From assembly GCA_041640655.1 (NCBI GenBank), contig JBEPZV010000026.1:1-36173 (forward strand): a stretch of 36,173 nucleotides of DNA. The letters are read 5' to 3'. The position numbers and the translations under genes were made by a program. Positions 1-7,377 of the stretch are shown here, in pieces. The notes beneath the pieces were generated by a model that saw only the letters and a program-made list of their open reading frames with translations, had not been told where the DNA came from and ran no database searches. Within the stretch, counting starts at the first letter, position 1. Each line of letters begins with the position of its first letter. This stretch comes from a bacterium. GTDB taxonomy: Bacteria > Acidobacteriota > Blastocatellia > HR10.

Positions 1-2396
1 CGATCCGAGAGGGAGTTGCCGCGATCGCGACGCCGATTGGTCGGGTCCGAGAGTTGGACGTTGCTGTCGAGCACGTTCACCTCGGGCGCGTCGTCAATGG
101 CGTGCGACCAGGTGTAGGAGGCGGTGAACTGATACCCGCGCGAGAAGCGCTTGATCAGTTGCACGGTGACGCCATTGTAGTTGGAGTTCCCCACGGATTC
201 GGCGAGGAAGACGTTGTCGAAGTCGGGGAAGCGTCGCGTCTGCGGATTCACTGCCGTGTCGAAGACCGGTCGCCCATCGGCCAGGGTCCGGATCGGGTTG
301 ATCGGGTTGATATTCCGCTGCACGGGAATGCGCGTCCCCTTGGCGAAGACGTAACTGAGAACGACGGACATCTCGGGGGTGAGCGCCCGCTCGATCTGCA
401 GATTCGCGTTGCTCGAATAGAGATTGGCGAAGTCCGGCGCCACGGCGTTGATGCTCACGCGCGGGAGCGGAAAGCCCGCGGGCAACTGATCGAACGTCTG
501 CGGGAAGGCCGGCGCGAAGGGACTCGTCCCCGAGACCGAGATGTCGCGGAAGCGCGGGTTCCCGTTGTTCAGGAGCGCGAGCCGATAGAAGTCGAGCTTC
601 GGGAAGTCATAGTAGATCCCCGCGCTCGCCCGCACGACCGTCTTGCGCTCCCGTCCGATCCCGTACGAGAGCCCGATGCGCGGCGCGAAGTTGTTCGTGT
701 CTACGTTGAAATCGCGCGAGAGTGGCAGCGGGGCCGTCGGATCCGGATCGGGCACATCATACAGCTCATAGCGCACGCCGTAGAGGAGCTTGAGGTTCTG
801 CGTCACGCGCCAATCGTCCTGCCAGAAGGCCCCCCAGAAGACGGCGCGCTCGCTGATCTCCGGATTCCCGATGCGCTGGCGGAAGGTCGTGTAGCTTCTC
901 GGATTCGTCCCGTTGACGGCGCTCAGGTAGGCATCAATGTTGGGGAAGACGTATTCGGCGAAGAGCGGCTCGCGTCGGAAATCGCCGTAGGTCGTCATCG
1001 CGAATCCGAATTTGAAGGCGTGATTGCCGCGAATGAGCGTGACATTGTCCACAAGGTCCACGCTGGTCTGGCGGAAGCGCTGGCCATCATCGGTCGGTCC
1101 GCCGAACTGCGCCACGCCCGAGATCGTGATGGCCGGGCCGCGGACGGCGTTCTCCGGATTGGCCGTGCGGAAGAAGCGGCGCCGCGCGTACTGGAAGCGC
1201 AGCTCGTTGATGGCGCGTGAGGAGATCGTCGAGGTGAGCTGCGTCGCCACCGAATCGGCCGCATCAATGAAATCCGTCGAGCGCGTCACCGAGAGGAGTC
1301 CGGCCGAGAGCGCCCCGCCGATGTTATTCGGCGAGCTGTTGCGGAAGAGGTTGTACCGGGCCATGAGGCGATGGCGCTCGGAGATCGTGTAGTCACTGCG
1401 CGCGATGAAGAAGTTGACCCGTTGCGAGGCCGGGACCACGCCGATCTGCTTCGGCGTCAGTCCGATGCGCGCCGCATTCTCCGGGGTGATGGTGATCGGG
1501 CGCGGGATGTCGCGCCGCGTGAATTCATACGCGCTGAAATAGTGGAGCCGATCGCGTCGGATCGGACCGCCCAGTCGCGCCGTCACCGTATCGGCCGCGA
1601 AATCGGGCTTCGGCTGCGTGGGCGACAACAGCGTGGGGCGCGCCGAGAAGGACTTGCGGCGGAAGCGATACCCGGCCTCTCCATGCACCTCATTCGTCCC
1701 CGAATCGGTGATGGCGTTGTAGACGGTCCCCGTCGTCGTCCCGAACTCCGGAGCGAAGCCGTTGTTGACGACCTGGATCTCGCGGATGAAGACTTCCGAG
1801 ATCGGCATCAAGCGAATGCCCGCGCGATCGGCCTGCGTGTTCGTATTGCCGTCCAGTTGGTAGTTGATCCGGTCAATGAACCCGTTCGTGTTCACCTTGC
1901 GAGGCACGCCGAATTCGGGATTGGGGCGCGCGCTCACCCCCGGCTGCAGGAGCATGAAGTTGTAGATGTTGCGCGAGACCAGGGGCAGGTTCCGCACCTC
2001 TTGCGTCGAGATCGTGTTCCCGTGCTCGATCTTCCCGATATCGGCCACGGGGACATCGGCCGTGACCGTCACCGCTTGCTCGATCTGTCCGACCTCCAGC
2101 GTGAAATCCACGACGGCCGTTCGCCCGGCCGTGAGGACGATGCCCGAGCGCACGGCGCGTTTGAAGCCCGCAGCTTCCACGCTGATCTCATAGCGACCCA
2201 GTGGCAGAAGCGTCGCGCGGTAAAATCCGCGCTCGTTCGTCGTCAGCGTTCGGGCGTAGCCCGTGTCCATATTGACGATGCGCACGGTGGCGCCGGCGAC
2301 GACCGCTCCCGAAGGGTCCAGGACGATCCCCTCGATGACGCCGTCGGTCGCCTGCGCCTGCACGAGCAGCAACATCGCCAGAACGATGCTCTTCAT
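1..2396 (-). CDS. TonB-dependent receptor, Oar-like, with N-terminal carboxypeptidase-regulatory-like domain (partial, runs off the window start)
   Basis: Absent from the ORF track because no stop lies in the window. My translation from ATG 2396 (RBS AAGGAGG): MKSIVLAMLLLVQAQATDGVIEGIVLDPSGAVVAGATVRIVNMDTGYARTLTTNERGFY...LPLGRYEISVEAAGFK...VDFTLEVG...VRNLPLVSRNIYNFMLLQPGV...NYQLDG...APEFG...N(F)APRIGLSY. This is a signal peptide, CarboxypepD_reg domain, plug and barrel, typical of Acidobacteria receptors. Confidence 0.9.
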   Translation of the reverse strand, partial: MKSIVLAMLLLVQAQATDGVIEGIVLDPSGAVVAGATVRIVNMDTGYARTLTTNERGFYRATLLPLGRYEISVEAAGFKRAVRSGIVLTAGRTAVVDFTLEVGQIEQAVTVTADVPVADIGKIEHGNTISTQEVRNLPLVSRNIYNFMLLQPGVSARPNPEFGVPRKVNTNGFIDRINYQLDGNTNTQADRAGIRLMPISEVFIREIQVVNNGFAPEFGTTTGTVYNAITDSGTNEVHGEAGYRFRRKSFSARPTLLSPTQPKPDFAADTVTARLGGPIRRDRLHYFSAYEFTRRDIPRPITITPENAARIGLTPKQIGVVPASQRVNFFIARSDYTISERHRLMARYNLFRNSSPNNIGGALSAGLLSVTRSTDFIDAADSVATQLTSTISSRAINELRFQYARRRFFRTANPENAVRGPAITISGVAQFGGPTDDGQRFRQTSVDLVDNVTLIRGNHAFKFGFAMTTYGDFRREPLFAEYVFPNIDAYLSAVNGTNPRSYTTFRQRIGNPEISERAVFWGAFWQDDWRVTQNLKLLYGVRYELYDVPDPDPTAPLPLSRDFNVDTNNFAPRIGLSYGIGRERKTVVRASAGIYYDFPKLDFYRLALLNNGNPRFRDISVSGTSPFAPAFPQTFDQLPAGFPLPRVSINAVAPDFANLYSSNANLQIERALTPEMSVVLSYVFAKGTRIPVQRNINPINPIRTLADGRPVFDTAVNPQTRRFPDFDNVFLAESVGNSNYNGVTVQLIKRFSRGYQFTASYTWSHAIDDAPEVNVLDSNVQLSDPTNRRRDRGNSLSD

Positions 2397-2410
2397 AGCC
2401 CCCTCCTTTG

Positions 2411-3589
2411 TTAAAGCCGCGCGACCAAATCGGCGAGTTGTCGTTCGACCAGTTGCAACGCCGAGAAGATCGCCCCGTAGAGTTGCGCGCGATCCTCCAG
2501 GGCCGAGACGACGACCGCCGGTTTGGCCGGAACGGTTCGCGCGATGGTCTCACGAATGGGCTCGGTGAGAAGCTCTCCCGCCAAGCTCACACCTCCCCCG
2601 AGCACGATCATCTCCGGATCTAAGAGCGTGGCCACGTTCGCCGCGGCCGCACTGATGTAGGCCGCGATTTCATCCACGAGCCGTCGGGCCGTCTCGTCAC
2701 CCCGACGGGCCGCCTCGAAGACCGCCTTGGCGTCCGGGGCACGGGATCGCCCCAGGAGCTGGCGGGCGCGCGCCGCCATCGCCGGTCCGGAGGCGCGCAT
2801 CTCCAGAAATCCCAGCTCGCGGAATTCCTCGCGAATCGCCTTCGGATCGAGGAGCATGTACCCGACTTCTCCGGCGGCGTGCGTCGAGCCGCGATAGAGT
2901 TCCCCGTTGATGAGCAGGCCCGCTCCGATTCCCGCGCCGATGGCGATGAAGGCGACGTTTCGGAGCCCTCGCGCGGCTCCGCGCCAGCTCTCGCCCAGCA
3001 CGGCCATGTTCACATCGTTATCCACGTGGACGGGGAGGCGCAGCGCGCTCTCCATCAGCTCGCGGAGCGGGACATCGCGCCAGCCCGGGAGATTCGGGGC
3101 ATGGCGAACGATCCCGCGCTCCACGTCGGTGATGCCGGGAGCACCGATGGCCAGCAGTCGCACATCGCGCCAGCGCACGCCGGCCGTCTTCACCACCTGA
3201 CGGCTGAGCGTCGCGATCTGCGCGACGATGGTGCGGACATAGGGCGGAGACTTCCGCGTCGGCTCCTCCGCGTGCGCGAGGAGATCGCCGTTGAGATCGG
3301 CCACCGCGACGCGCACGCGCGTCCCTCCGATGTCGGCGCCGAGCACATATCCGAAGCGCGCGTTGAAGCGCAGCAGCGTCGGGCGACGCCCACCGCTGGA
3401 GTCCCCGACGCCCTCTTCTCGCAAGAGTCCCGCGCGCAGCAGCTTCGCCACCAGGGCCGAGACCGTCGGCGGACTCAGCCCCGAGCGGCGCGCCAGCTCG
3501 GCGCGCGAGATCACCCCCGAGGCGCGCGCCAGCCGCAACAGCGCGAGCATGTTCAGTTGCTTGAGGAGTCCGTGATTGGCCGGCCCCAT
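2411..3589 (-). CDS. ROK-family transcriptional repressor (XylR/NagC-like)
   Basis: N-terminal wHTH (ISRAELARRSGLSPPTVS...GGRRP) and ROK sugar-binding motifs (GADIGGT, DNDVN, GIGAG, AGEVGY). Start placed at MGPANH (GGAGG upstream), downstream of the predicted promoter; the ORF track extends to 3769. Confidence 0.9.
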   Translation of the reverse strand: MGPANHGLLKQLNMLALLRLARASGVISRAELARRSGLSPPTVSALVAKLLRAGLLREEGVGDSSGGRRPTLLRFNARFGYVLGADIGGTRVRVAVADLNGDLLAHAEEPTRKSPPYVRTIVAQIATLSRQVVKTAGVRWRDVRLLAIGAPGITDVERGIVRHAPNLPGWRDVPLRELMESALRLPVHVDNDVNMAVLGESWRGAARGLRNVAFIAIGAGIGAGLLINGELYRGSTHAAGEVGYMLLDPKAIREEFRELGFLEMRASGPAMAARARQLLGRSRAPDAKAVFEAARRGDETARRLVDEIAAYISAAAANVATLLDPEMIVLGGGVSLAGELLTEPIRETIARTVPAKPAVVVSALEDRAQLYGAIFSALQLVERQLADLVARL

Positions 3590-3626
3590 CGCCTCCGCCG
3601 CCTGCGTGTGCCCGTGCCCGTCCATG

Positions 3627-3669
3627 ACTTTGTTCGGGAACATAATAAACTTTTCCTCGCCCATGTCAA
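3627..3669 (-). promoter_or_regulatory. Sigma70 promoter (TTGACA-16-TATTAT) overlapped by a 25-bp ROK/XylR-like operator
   Basis: TTGACA at 3669-3664 and TATTAT at 3647-3642. The imperfect palindrome ACTTTGTT-CGGGAACAT-AATAAACT at 3627-3651 covers the -10 and start region. Confidence 0.6.
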
Positions 3670-3724
3670 GCCCGGATCGGCGCAGCCCGATCAGGGGAAT
3701 GGCCACCTTGAGGAGTGGGCGGAA

Positions 3725-3785
3725 GAGGCGGAGCGTGACGCCGTCTGCACGAACGCGGCGTGCGACCACACGGATGGGCCGCCCC
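3725..3785 (+). repeat. 61-bp direct repeat, copy 1 (left flank of hairpin array)
   Basis: 53/61 identical to 4439-4499 by manual alignment. Confidence 0.85.
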
Positions 3786-4435
3786 CTTCGGGGGCTTGGG
3801 GATGATCATGCCGCCGTTGTCCTAGGGCTCGCCTGCGGCTCGCCCTAGGCTAGATTCGCACGCCTGCTTCGCAGGCTTGATACGGAAGACGCCGTCATCA
3901 AATGGGCTCGTCTTTGGCTCGCCCTGGGCTAGATTCGCACGCCCGCTCGCGCGGGCTTTGTGTGGGCGCGACCCAACTCTCGTTGTGAGATCAACCCAAT
4001 TCCGTGAGCCCGCCCGCGCGGGCGACCGAATGCAGCCCGGAGCGAGCGAAGCGAGCCCACGTTGTGAAACCGATCCCCTTCCACATGCGAGCCCGCGAAG
4101 CGGGCGTTCGAGTTCGGCCCGGGGCGAGCGGAGCGAACCCACGTTGTGAAACCAATCCAATTCCGCATGTGAGCCTCCGAAGGGGGCGACCGAATGTAGC
4201 CCGGGGCGATCGCGAGCGAGCCCAAGGTGTGAGTCAACCCCATTCCGCATGCGAGCCCGCGAAGCGGGCGACCGAAATTAGCCTAGGGCGAGCGAAGCGA
4301 GCATCATAAGATCACCCCCCTTCCACAGGCGAGCCCCCGAAAGGGGCGTTCGAATTTAGCCTAGGGCGAGCGAAGCGAGCCCTAGGAACGAGAGGCCCCA
4401 ACCAATGTCCAAGCCCGCGCACGCGGGCGGCCCAT
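3774..4435. repeat. REP/BIME-like array of double-hairpin repeats, ~81-bp period, 3 inverted plus 6 direct copies
   Basis: Core AGCCCGC-GAA-GCGGGCG..CGAA..TAGCCTAGGGCGAGCGAAGCGAGCCC. Plus-strand copies start near 4007, 4090, 4172, 4254, 4332 and 4412 (last one partial). Minus-strand copies end at 3796 (partial), 3877 and 3957. Confidence 0.85.
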
Positions 4436-4438
4436 GTG

Positions 4439-4499
4439 GAGGCGGAACGTGACGCCGTCCCCACGAACGCACCGTGCGACCGCGCGAATGGGCCGCCCC
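4439..4499 (+). repeat. 61-bp direct repeat, copy 2 (right flank of hairpin array)
   Basis: 53/61 identical to 3725-3785. Confidence 0.85.
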
Positions 4500-4531
4500 A
4501 TCGCGGACCGGAGGCTCCCCCTCACCCCCGC

Positions 4532-6445
4532 TCATGGACAGCCACAGCCCGGCGGCGTATTCGCCAGATTCTGGTCAACGATCGAGAAGATTCGCGTGGG
4601 CGGAGACACCCTCAACGCTGCCGTGCCCCTTTGCATGGTCAGAAGAATCAACCCCTGCATCAGGTTCCCACCGACATTCCGGAAAGCGATGTACCCACTA
4701 CCCGACTGCAATGAGAACTGGCCCGTGAAGGTCCCCGCCGAGGTCACAAAGCAATAGGTGTTGTTGGTTCTCAACTCCAGACAGTTGCCACTGCCCAGAT
4801 CATCACGGAGCGTGAAAAGCAGCGGTGGACCTGACGGCGGCGCTTCAAAAGCCCCCGCATCGCACAAGGGCCCTTGCGGGCGGCTCACCCCCCGCTGGTC
4901 GGTGCTGACCGGGCTACTACTCAAATCCGTGCAGTCCGTGACCGCATCAATGGCGGAACTGCCCGAGCCCAGCGCGTGGGTCTCGGTGGGTCCGCCGTTG
5001 TTGGCCAGGGGCTGGAGGTTGAGCTGGGGAGAGGTGACCTGCGTGAAGCCCGTACAGCTTCCGTCCGTCGCCAGGTTCGCGCCGGTGGCGTTGAAGGTAC
5101 CGCCCGCAAGCGAACAATTCGCGCCGGTCGGCGCGGTGTTATTGCCCACGATCGAGTTTTTGATGTTGAAGATGCCGGAGATGACTCTTATCCCCCCCGC
5201 GCCTGACGTACCTGCGGAGTTATTGGCAATGGTGACGAAACTGGCATTCACCGTGCCCGCGTTCCAGATGCCGCCAACGTCATCTGAACCGGTACCGCTG
5301 CTATTGCCCGAAATCGTCGTATTGGTGAGATTGAGCGTGCCAGAATTATCAATAGCCCCGCCATCATCGGCGCTGGTATTTCCCGACAGCGTGCTGCCCG
5401 TGATGGTCACCGTGCCGCCTAAGGCGTTGCCGATACCGCCGCCGAAGCTGAGGGCGCTATTTCCCGAGATAGTGCTGTTGGTGATGGTCACCGTGCCGCG
5501 GAAATTGTCGATGCCGCCGCCGACGTCGGCGCTATTTCCCATGAGCGTGCTACCTGTGATGGTCACCGTGCCGACGAAGTTGTAGATGCCGCCGCCGACG
5601 TCGTCGGCGCTATTTCCCATGAGCGTGCTACCCGTGATGGTCACCGTGGCGCCATTGTTGAAGATGCCGCCGCCGGAGTCGTCGGTGCCAGAACCATCCG
5701 CGCAGCCGTTTCGCACCGTCACGTTTTGCAGCGTGAGGTTGCCTCCGCCCTGCACATGGAAGATGCGGAATTCGTTCTGCTCAGCATTGCCGTCGAGGTC
5801 GCATCCGAACCCCATTCCTGTGCTCCGCTGGATCGTCGCCCCGTTGCCTTCAATGGTGATCTGGCTCGTGATGTCCAGATCGTCATTGTTCGCCCCGGAG
5901 TCGGTGGCATGCCCTCCCCCGTCGGCGTCGAGCGAGAGCGTGTAGGTCTCGCCCGACTGAAGGACGATGGTGTGAGGGCCGCCTCCCAGGGCGTTGGCCT
6001 CCATGATCGCTGCACGTAGCGTGCATGTGTGGACAAAGATTGTCACATCCCCTTCAGAAATCGTATATATAGCCTCACATTTACCATCCCCTGGATTAGA
6101 ATCTATAAGGTCTCCTCCAAATGGAGGCTCGAGGCCTCCCAACCTATCGTTCGGGCACGGGTTGAAGGGCTCGACATCTGGCCAGTCCGCTCCGCACCGC
6201 GCAATCACATGTTGCTCGAATTGCTGCTGCTCAAAGCTATCAATCCCTCCCGGCCAGGCGTGACTCACCGGTTCCATAAGCACAAGCACGCCCACCAGCG
6301 CCCTCTTCGCCAAACACTTTCTTTCGCTATCTGCCGCCGAAGATTTCCCCATTGCCCTCATGTCCATTACCCACCTTCCTGTTAAAAGTCTCGCCAGAAA
6401 ATTTCCTCTTAGAATCAGCTTTGACCACGGTGCGTGTTTTGGCAT
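4532..6445 (-). CDS. Secreted/surface beta-helix protein with CSLREA-like domain, GGGI (polymorphic-membrane-type) repeats and choice-of-anchor Q-like domain
   Basis: DSNPGDGKC...CTLRAAIMEANA (CSLREA-type), repeated GGGIxNxxGTVTITxSTxxGNSA, and PLANNGGPTETHALGSGSSAIDA...DQRGVSRPQGPLCDAGAFE (choice-of-anchor Q-type). RBS AAGGAGGT before ATG 6445. Confidence 0.8.
   Translation of the reverse strand: MPKHAPWSKLILRGNFLARLLTGRWVMDMRAMGKSSAADSERKCLAKRALVGVLVLMEPVSHAWPGGIDSFEQQQFEQHVIARCGADWPDVEPFNPCPNDRLGGLEPPFGGDLIDSNPGDGKCEAIYTISEGDVTIFVHTCTLRAAIMEANALGGGPHTIVLQSGETYTLSLDADGGGHATDSGANNDDLDITSQITIEGNGATIQRSTGMGFGCDLDGNAEQNEFRIFHVQGGGNLTLQNVTVRNGCADGSGTDDSGGGIFNNGATVTITGSTLMGNSADDVGGGIYNFVGTVTITGSTLMGNSADVGGGIDNFRGTVTITNSTISGNSALSFGGGIGNALGGTVTITGSTLSGNTSADDGGAIDNSGTLNLTNTTISGNSSGTGSDDVGGIWNAGTVNASFVTIANNSAGTSGAGGIRVISGIFNIKNSIVGNNTAPTGANCSLAGGTFNATGANLATDGSCTGFTQVTSPQLNLQPLANNGGPTETHALGSGSSAIDAVTDCTDLSSSPVSTDQRGVSRPQGPLCDAGAFEAPPSGPPLLFTLRDDLGSGNCLELRTNNTYCFVTSAGTFTGQFSLQSGSGYIAFRNVGGNLMQGLILLTMQRGTAALRVSPPTRIFSIVDQNLANTPPGCGCP
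5390..5672 (-). repeat. Intragenic tandem repeats (~75-81 bp) encoding beta-helix rungs
   Basis: The units starting at 5511 and 5586 are nearly identical in DNA (ATGCCGCCGCCGACGTC...GCGCTATTTCCCATGAGCGTGCTACC.GTGATGGTCACCGTG). GTGATGGTCACCGTG occurs four times. Confidence 0.8.
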
Positions 6446-6472
6446 ACTTTCTCACCTCCTTATTTTTGAAGT

Positions 6473-7255
6473 TTACTCGATTGACAGCAAAGTCTGACGA
6501 CCTACCGCTCGAAGGAAACTTTCCCTCTCTATCCTTCTCACAGAAGCCATTGCCCTCGCTCTCACGGGCTCTTCCAGAAAATCAAACTCCGGCTTTATAG
6601 TGCCGTTGTCCTCGACTTTTAACATGAACGCCGCTACTGCAAAGATCAGAGACTCGCCCTTGTGCCTTACGGCCAGTACTGTATCTTCGTGCCACCCGAT
6701 GTCGAGTTCGAAGTCCGGAGAAGTTTTCGCTTTAAGAATTTTTAGAAGCTCCCCAGTTATTTTCACGGCATTTCCCTGGCTGTGGTAAAAGCTGATGTTT
6801 ATCTCCCTGGCTCTCAGTTCCCCTGAGACGAAGAAGAGTTTTTTAATGTCGCGGGATTTCGCTTTACACGCCTTCAGTGCGGTGCTGGCGGGCAGGTAAT
6901 CAACCCCTCGGGACGTTACTGTCCCAAACCCGAAGGACACTTTGTCGGTACCCTTGATGATCATCCCTATGCTCGCTTGGAAGACCCGATTCAGGATAGG
7001 AGCAGCAATATCCAGACCGACCTTGTCCGTGAGATACCCAGAAACCTCCGGATGAATACCTTCATTCGGACTTCGTAACAGGCGGTCTATGCCATTGTCT
7101 GGGCAGTGGGCCAAGTCTTTGACGGTACCTATGCGGCGCCACTTGCCGTCAACCTTTGCGAGCAAGACACCCAGCAGGCTGCCGGATGTGGCCAGTTTTA
7201 GGGGAGCATAGCCAAGGTCATTGAGAAACTTTGTGAAAGGGTCTTTGCAGATCAT
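6473..7255 (-). CDS. Bacterial gasdermin-like pore-forming protein (bGSDM)
   Basis: 260 aa. N-terminus MICKDPFTKFLNDLGY fits the bGSDM pattern M-x-C-x-D-P-F-x3-L-x3-G-Y with Cys3. Colinear blocks IAAPILNRVFQ, FFVSGELRAREINISF and LIFAVAAFMLKVEDNG resemble the Runella bGSDM as I recall it. Short C-terminal tail; RBS AAAGGAGGT. Confidence 0.8.
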   Translation of the reverse strand: MICKDPFTKFLNDLGYAPLKLATSGSLLGVLLAKVDGKWRRIGTVKDLAHCPDNGIDRLLRSPNEGIHPEVSGYLTDKVGLDIAAPILNRVFQASIGMIIKGTDKVSFGFGTVTSRGVDYLPASTALKACKAKSRDIKKLFFVSGELRAREINISFYHSQGNAVKITGELLKILKAKTSPDFELDIGWHEDTVLAVRHKGESLIFAVAAFMLKVEDNGTIKPEFDFLEEPVRARAMASVRRIERESFLRAVGRQTLLSIE

Positions 7256-7377
7256 CCTGGACCTCCTTTCGGTTTGTTATGGCTTTTCAAACAGGCTCGC
7301 GTCAGGAGAAAGATCACCAGGTAGGCCAACCAAAGAGCCAGGCCGACCCCCACCACGATGCCGACGGATTTATCCAT
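7252..7377 (-). CDS. Small single-pass membrane peptide (41 aa), translationally coupled to the gasdermin
   Basis: Below the ORF-track cutoff. MDKSVGIVVGVGLALWLAYLVIFLLTRACLKSHNKPKGGPG*: a ~21-aa hydrophobic stretch then a basic tail. GAAGGA upstream; stop overlaps the gasdermin start (ATGA). Confidence 0.55.
   Translation of the reverse strand: MDKSVGIVVGVGLALWLAYLVIFLLTRACLKSHNKPKGGPG

Noticed and set aside
54..2414. Long plus-strand ORFs 54-1220 and 1371-2414
   Set aside because: Antisense shadows of the TonB receptor, a common high-GC artefact.
3774..4435. CRISPR array
   Set aside because: Repeats are degenerate, ~52 bp and in both orientations. The intervening segments resemble each other (GTTGTGAxAxCxAxCCxxTTCC) instead of being unique spacers, and no cas genes are present.
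3576..4757. Short ORFs across the repeat region (e.g. 3822-4250, 3877-4149, 4434-4757)
   Set aside because: Translations of palindromic repeats or antisense to the beta-helix gene; Arg/Ala/Pro-rich with no RBS or domain.
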